DNA of 64,000 nucleotides from Collinsella sp. (GTDB lineage Bacteria; Actinomycetota; Coriobacteriia; Coriobacteriales; Coriobacteriaceae): NCBI GenBank assembly GCA_018382775.1, contig JAGZPG010000004.1, positions 75,594 to 139,593 of the forward strand, read 5' to 3'. Shown piece by piece: positions 61,851 to 64,000 of this stretch (position 1 is its first letter; each line of letters starts with the position of its first letter). The notes under the pieces were generated by a model. It saw only the letters and a program-made list of their open reading frames with translations, ran no database searches and was not told where the DNA came from. The position numbers and the translations under genes were made by a program.

Positions 61851-63146
61851 CTACTGGTTGTCAGCAGCCGAGAGATCGATGTCGAGCGAGGAGACGGCCC
61901 AACCGATATGGTTGTCGGAGCGCACGAACTTGACGGTGTACTCCTGCTCGCCGCCCTTGGACAGCGACGCCTTGACCTTGGCGGTGGTCTCGGTCATAGA
62001 CTGGTCCATGCCCTCAATGGAGACGGTGGCGCCCTGCGGAATCGAGGAAATGATCATCGACTTGGCGTCCTCGGACAGGCTGGAGGCAAGACAGGACTCG
62101 GCCTTGGCGGTATCGCCGTCACCTGCGGCCTGGAACAGGTCGGTGACAACAGACTCCTGCGAGGGGAAGCCCAGGCCGCGCGTGTAGGCAAAGCCAAGAC
62201 CGCCTGCGGCAATGACGATCAGCAGAAGCAGCACCAAGAAGACCTTGAGGCCCGTGTGGCGATGGCGACGACGGACCTTAGCCTCCTTGCGGTCCTGCTG
62301 AACCATCTCGGACTCAGACAGGGTGAAGAAGCCGGTGTCCGATGGGTCGGGCATAAACTGACCGGTAGCACCCGTGGGGTCGAGCGGGTCGACGGCGGGA
62401 GCATCCATCGCGGGAGCCGGCGCCGTGGCCATGGCCGTCTGGGCCGAAAGCGCAGCGAGGGAATCGTGCACGCGGGCAAGCTCGTCGGCCTGCTCGGGCG
62501 TGAGCTGGTAGATGCCATCGGCGGTGGCGGCGTTAAAGGCATCGAGCGCGTCAGAGGGGCGACCGGCGGCAGAGAGCGCCTCGCCCATACCGGCGTTAAG
62601 CGCACGCGTGTCATCGCGCGGACCGGCAAAGTCAATGGCCGTGCGGTAGGTCTCTACGGCGTCTGCCGGACGGCCGAGCTTAATGAAGCAGCGGCCAAGA
62701 TCGCCAAGGGCGGCGGCGGGAGCCGGGTTGGCACCATCGATGGCGGCCTGACGGAAGGCAGTGCCGGCGTTGGCATAATCGCCCGACTGGAACAGGGCGT
62801 TGCCCAGACCCAGATAGGCCTTAAACGGCGTGGCATAGGATGCATCCTGCGTTGCGGCAGAGAACGCCTGGGCTGCAGTCACATAGTCACCCACGGCAGC
62901 AAGCGCCTTGCCGCGGTTGGTGAGCAGCGCGCCGCGCTTGCCATAGGTACCGTCGTTAAGGGCGGCGGCGTAAGCCTCGGCGGCCTCGGCATACATGCCC
63001 AGGTGCATCAAGGCGTTGCCGCGCAGATGGTCGGCCTCGCCCATAATCTCACCGGGGGTCTTTGCCGCACCGAGCATCTGGGCGGCAGCGGAATAATCAC
63101 CCGCGCGATAAGCGGCGCGGCCCTGTTGGATCAGCTGGCTGTTCAA
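61851..63146 (-). CDS. TPR-repeat membrane protein (N-terminal cytoplasmic TPR, single TM, C-terminal extracytoplasmic domain)
   Basis: Repeated AxxAxxAYxxAL TPR-like helices fill the N-terminal 200 aa. A basic stretch KEAKVRRRHRH is followed by a TM helix FLVLLLLIVIAAGGLGFAY. The C-terminal domain of about 110 aa has no recognisable motif. Confidence 0.6.
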   Translation of the reverse strand: MNSQLIQQGRAAYRAGDYSAAAQMLGAAKTPGEIMGEADHLRGNALMHLGMYAEAAEAYAAALNDGTYGKRGALLTNRGKALAAVGDYVTAAQAFSAATQDASYATPFKAYLGLGNALFQSGDYANAGTAFRQAAIDGANPAPAAALGDLGRCFIKLGRPADAVETYRTAIDFAGPRDDTRALNAGMGEALSAAGRPSDALDAFNAATADGIYQLTPEQADELARVHDSLAALSAQTAMATAPAPAMDAPAVDPLDPTGATGQFMPDPSDTGFFTLSESEMVQQDRKEAKVRRRHRHTGLKVFLVLLLLIVIAAGGLGFAYTRGLGFPSQESVVTDLFQAAGDGDTAKAESCLASSLSEDAKSMIISSIPQGATVSIEGMDQSMTETTAKVKASLSKGGEQEYTVKFVRSDNHIGWAVSSLDIDLSAADNQ

Positions 63147-63157
63147 GGAAGTCCCCT

Positions 63158-63700
63158 TTACTCGTGAACGATCTCGACGTGGACGATCTCGTCGCCGGCA
63201 CGCAGCTGCGAAATCACATCGAGGCCCTCGACCGTGGTGCCAAAGACGGTGTAGCCGGAGTCGAGGTTATGCTGAGCGCCCAGGCAGAAGTAGAACTGCG
63301 AACCCGCGGAATCGGGATCCATGGAACGTGCCATGGCAAGCGCGCCGTCGACGTGGCTGTTACGCGGGTTGGTAGCGAACTCGCCCTTGATGCAGTAGCC
63401 GGGGCCACCGGTACCGGGCATGCCGTCGGGGCCCTCAAGGCCGGCGGCGACATCGGCGCCGGACATATCGCGGGTATTGGGGTCGCCGCCCTGGATCACA
63501 AAACCGGGCACATAGCGATGGAACTTAAGGCCATCGTAAAAACCCATCGTGGAAAGCTCGCAGAAGTTCGCCACGTGGATGGGGGCGCCCTCGCCGTCAA
63601 ACTTGACCTTGATGGTGCCCTTCGACGTCTCAATCACCGCGCACTCATCGCCGACAAGCTGATACTCGGGCGTGTAGAGCTCTTTCTTAAAACCAAACAT
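63158..63700 (-). CDS. ppiB: peptidyl-prolyl cis-trans isomerase, cyclophilin type
   Basis: FHRYVPGFVIQGGDP ... GTVFG are cyclophilin signatures. The start is at the internal Met (MFGFKKELY). The track ORF extends to 63769. Confidence 0.85.
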   Translation of the reverse strand: MFGFKKELYTPEYQLVGDECAVIETSKGTIKVKFDGEGAPIHVANFCELSTMGFYDGLKFHRYVPGFVIQGGDPNTRDMSGADVAAGLEGPDGMPGTGGPGYCIKGEFATNPRNSHVDGALAMARSMDPDSAGSQFYFCLGAQHNLDSGYTVFGTTVEGLDVISQLRAGDEIVHVEIVHE

Positions 63701-63805
63701 GTGGTTCCTTCCTCGTGCGTTTAAAGCATATTTGGTCAAATTGTAGCAATAAGCACGGGCTTCCATCAATTGCGCACGCAGGTTATGCCGCCGGAGGGCA
63801 ACAAA

Positions 63806-64000
63806 TTACGAACGTTGCTGCGGTCTCCATGCGCTCACGTTGGCGTCGTACTGGTTAAGCGCGCTGTTGCCGCCTTGTGCGATGGGCGCCAGGATCTCGC
63901 TCTGACGGGCGCTCAGCGACTCGCCGTCGGGAATGGACAGCGAGATATCCCAGCTCTGGCAGATCACGTCGACACGCTCGTACATCCACTGGGCAAGCTG
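63806..64000 (-). CDS. partial CDS (C-terminal fragment, 5' end outside window), unknown function
   Basis: An open frame on the minus strand reads to the window edge and ends ...NQYDANVSAWRPQQRS with a stop at about 63806..63808. Confidence 0.35.
   Translation of the reverse strand, partial: QLAQWMYERVDVICQSWDISLSIPDGESLSARQSEILAPIAQGGNSALNQYDANVSAWRPQQRS

Overview
This is a 64-kb, high-GC chromosomal segment that looks like ordinary core-genome DNA. Almost all genes sit on the minus strand in long co-directional operons. The lineage is inferred, not searched: the mihF-gmk-rpoZ triad is typical of Actinobacteria, while the rpsB-tsf-pyrH-frr-uppS-cdsA-dxr-rseP-ispG-proS, trmFO-xerC and rplS/rnhB gene order is Firmicutes-like. 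That mix fits Coriobacteriia (Actinomycetota).

Gene content from left to right:
- holA-comEC-comEA
- thiI
- rpoZ-gmk-mihF
- pyrimidine operon pyrR-pyrB-pyrC-pyrK-pyrD-pyrF
- rpmB
- adhE, followed by an APH-family kinase
- proS-ispG-rseP-dxr-cdsA-uppS-frr-pyrH-tsf-rpsB
- xerC-trmFO
- dprA-comM-yraN-rnhB
- rplS
- a 935-aa secreted multidomain protein
- ppdK and its PDRP regulator
- glyS-glyQ
- lepB-trmD-rimM-KH-rpsP
- dinB, the only sizeable plus-strand gene in its neighbourhood
- rsfS-yqeK-nadD-obg-rpmA-rplU
- a DUF2344 protein plus a B12-binding radical-SAM protein (TIGR03936/TIGR03960-like), with no RNase E/G gene beside them
- a 309-aa hypothetical protein
- rodA-pbp2-mreD-mreC-mreB
- a TPR membrane protein
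- a cyclophilin
- a truncated gene at the window edge

I found no CRISPR array, tRNA, rRNA, IS element or prophage. The candidates for accessory or novel content are few:
- the large secreted protein inserted between rplS and ppdK, which may carry an aerolysin-like beta-pore-forming region plus Big_2 domains
- a very stable 23-bp perfect inverted repeat and a separate 12-bp operator-like palindrome upstream of adhE
- a GGTAAAC repeat array in the AT-rich ppdK leader
- xerC, whose N-terminal domain is encoded without any canonical start codon and abuts the trmFO stop
- the uncharacterised radical-SAM/DUF2344 pair and the unknown protein after rodA

The many long antisense ORFs in the six-frame track are high-GC artefacts. 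My within-line motif coordinates may be off by 1-2 nt; CDS ends follow the ORF track.
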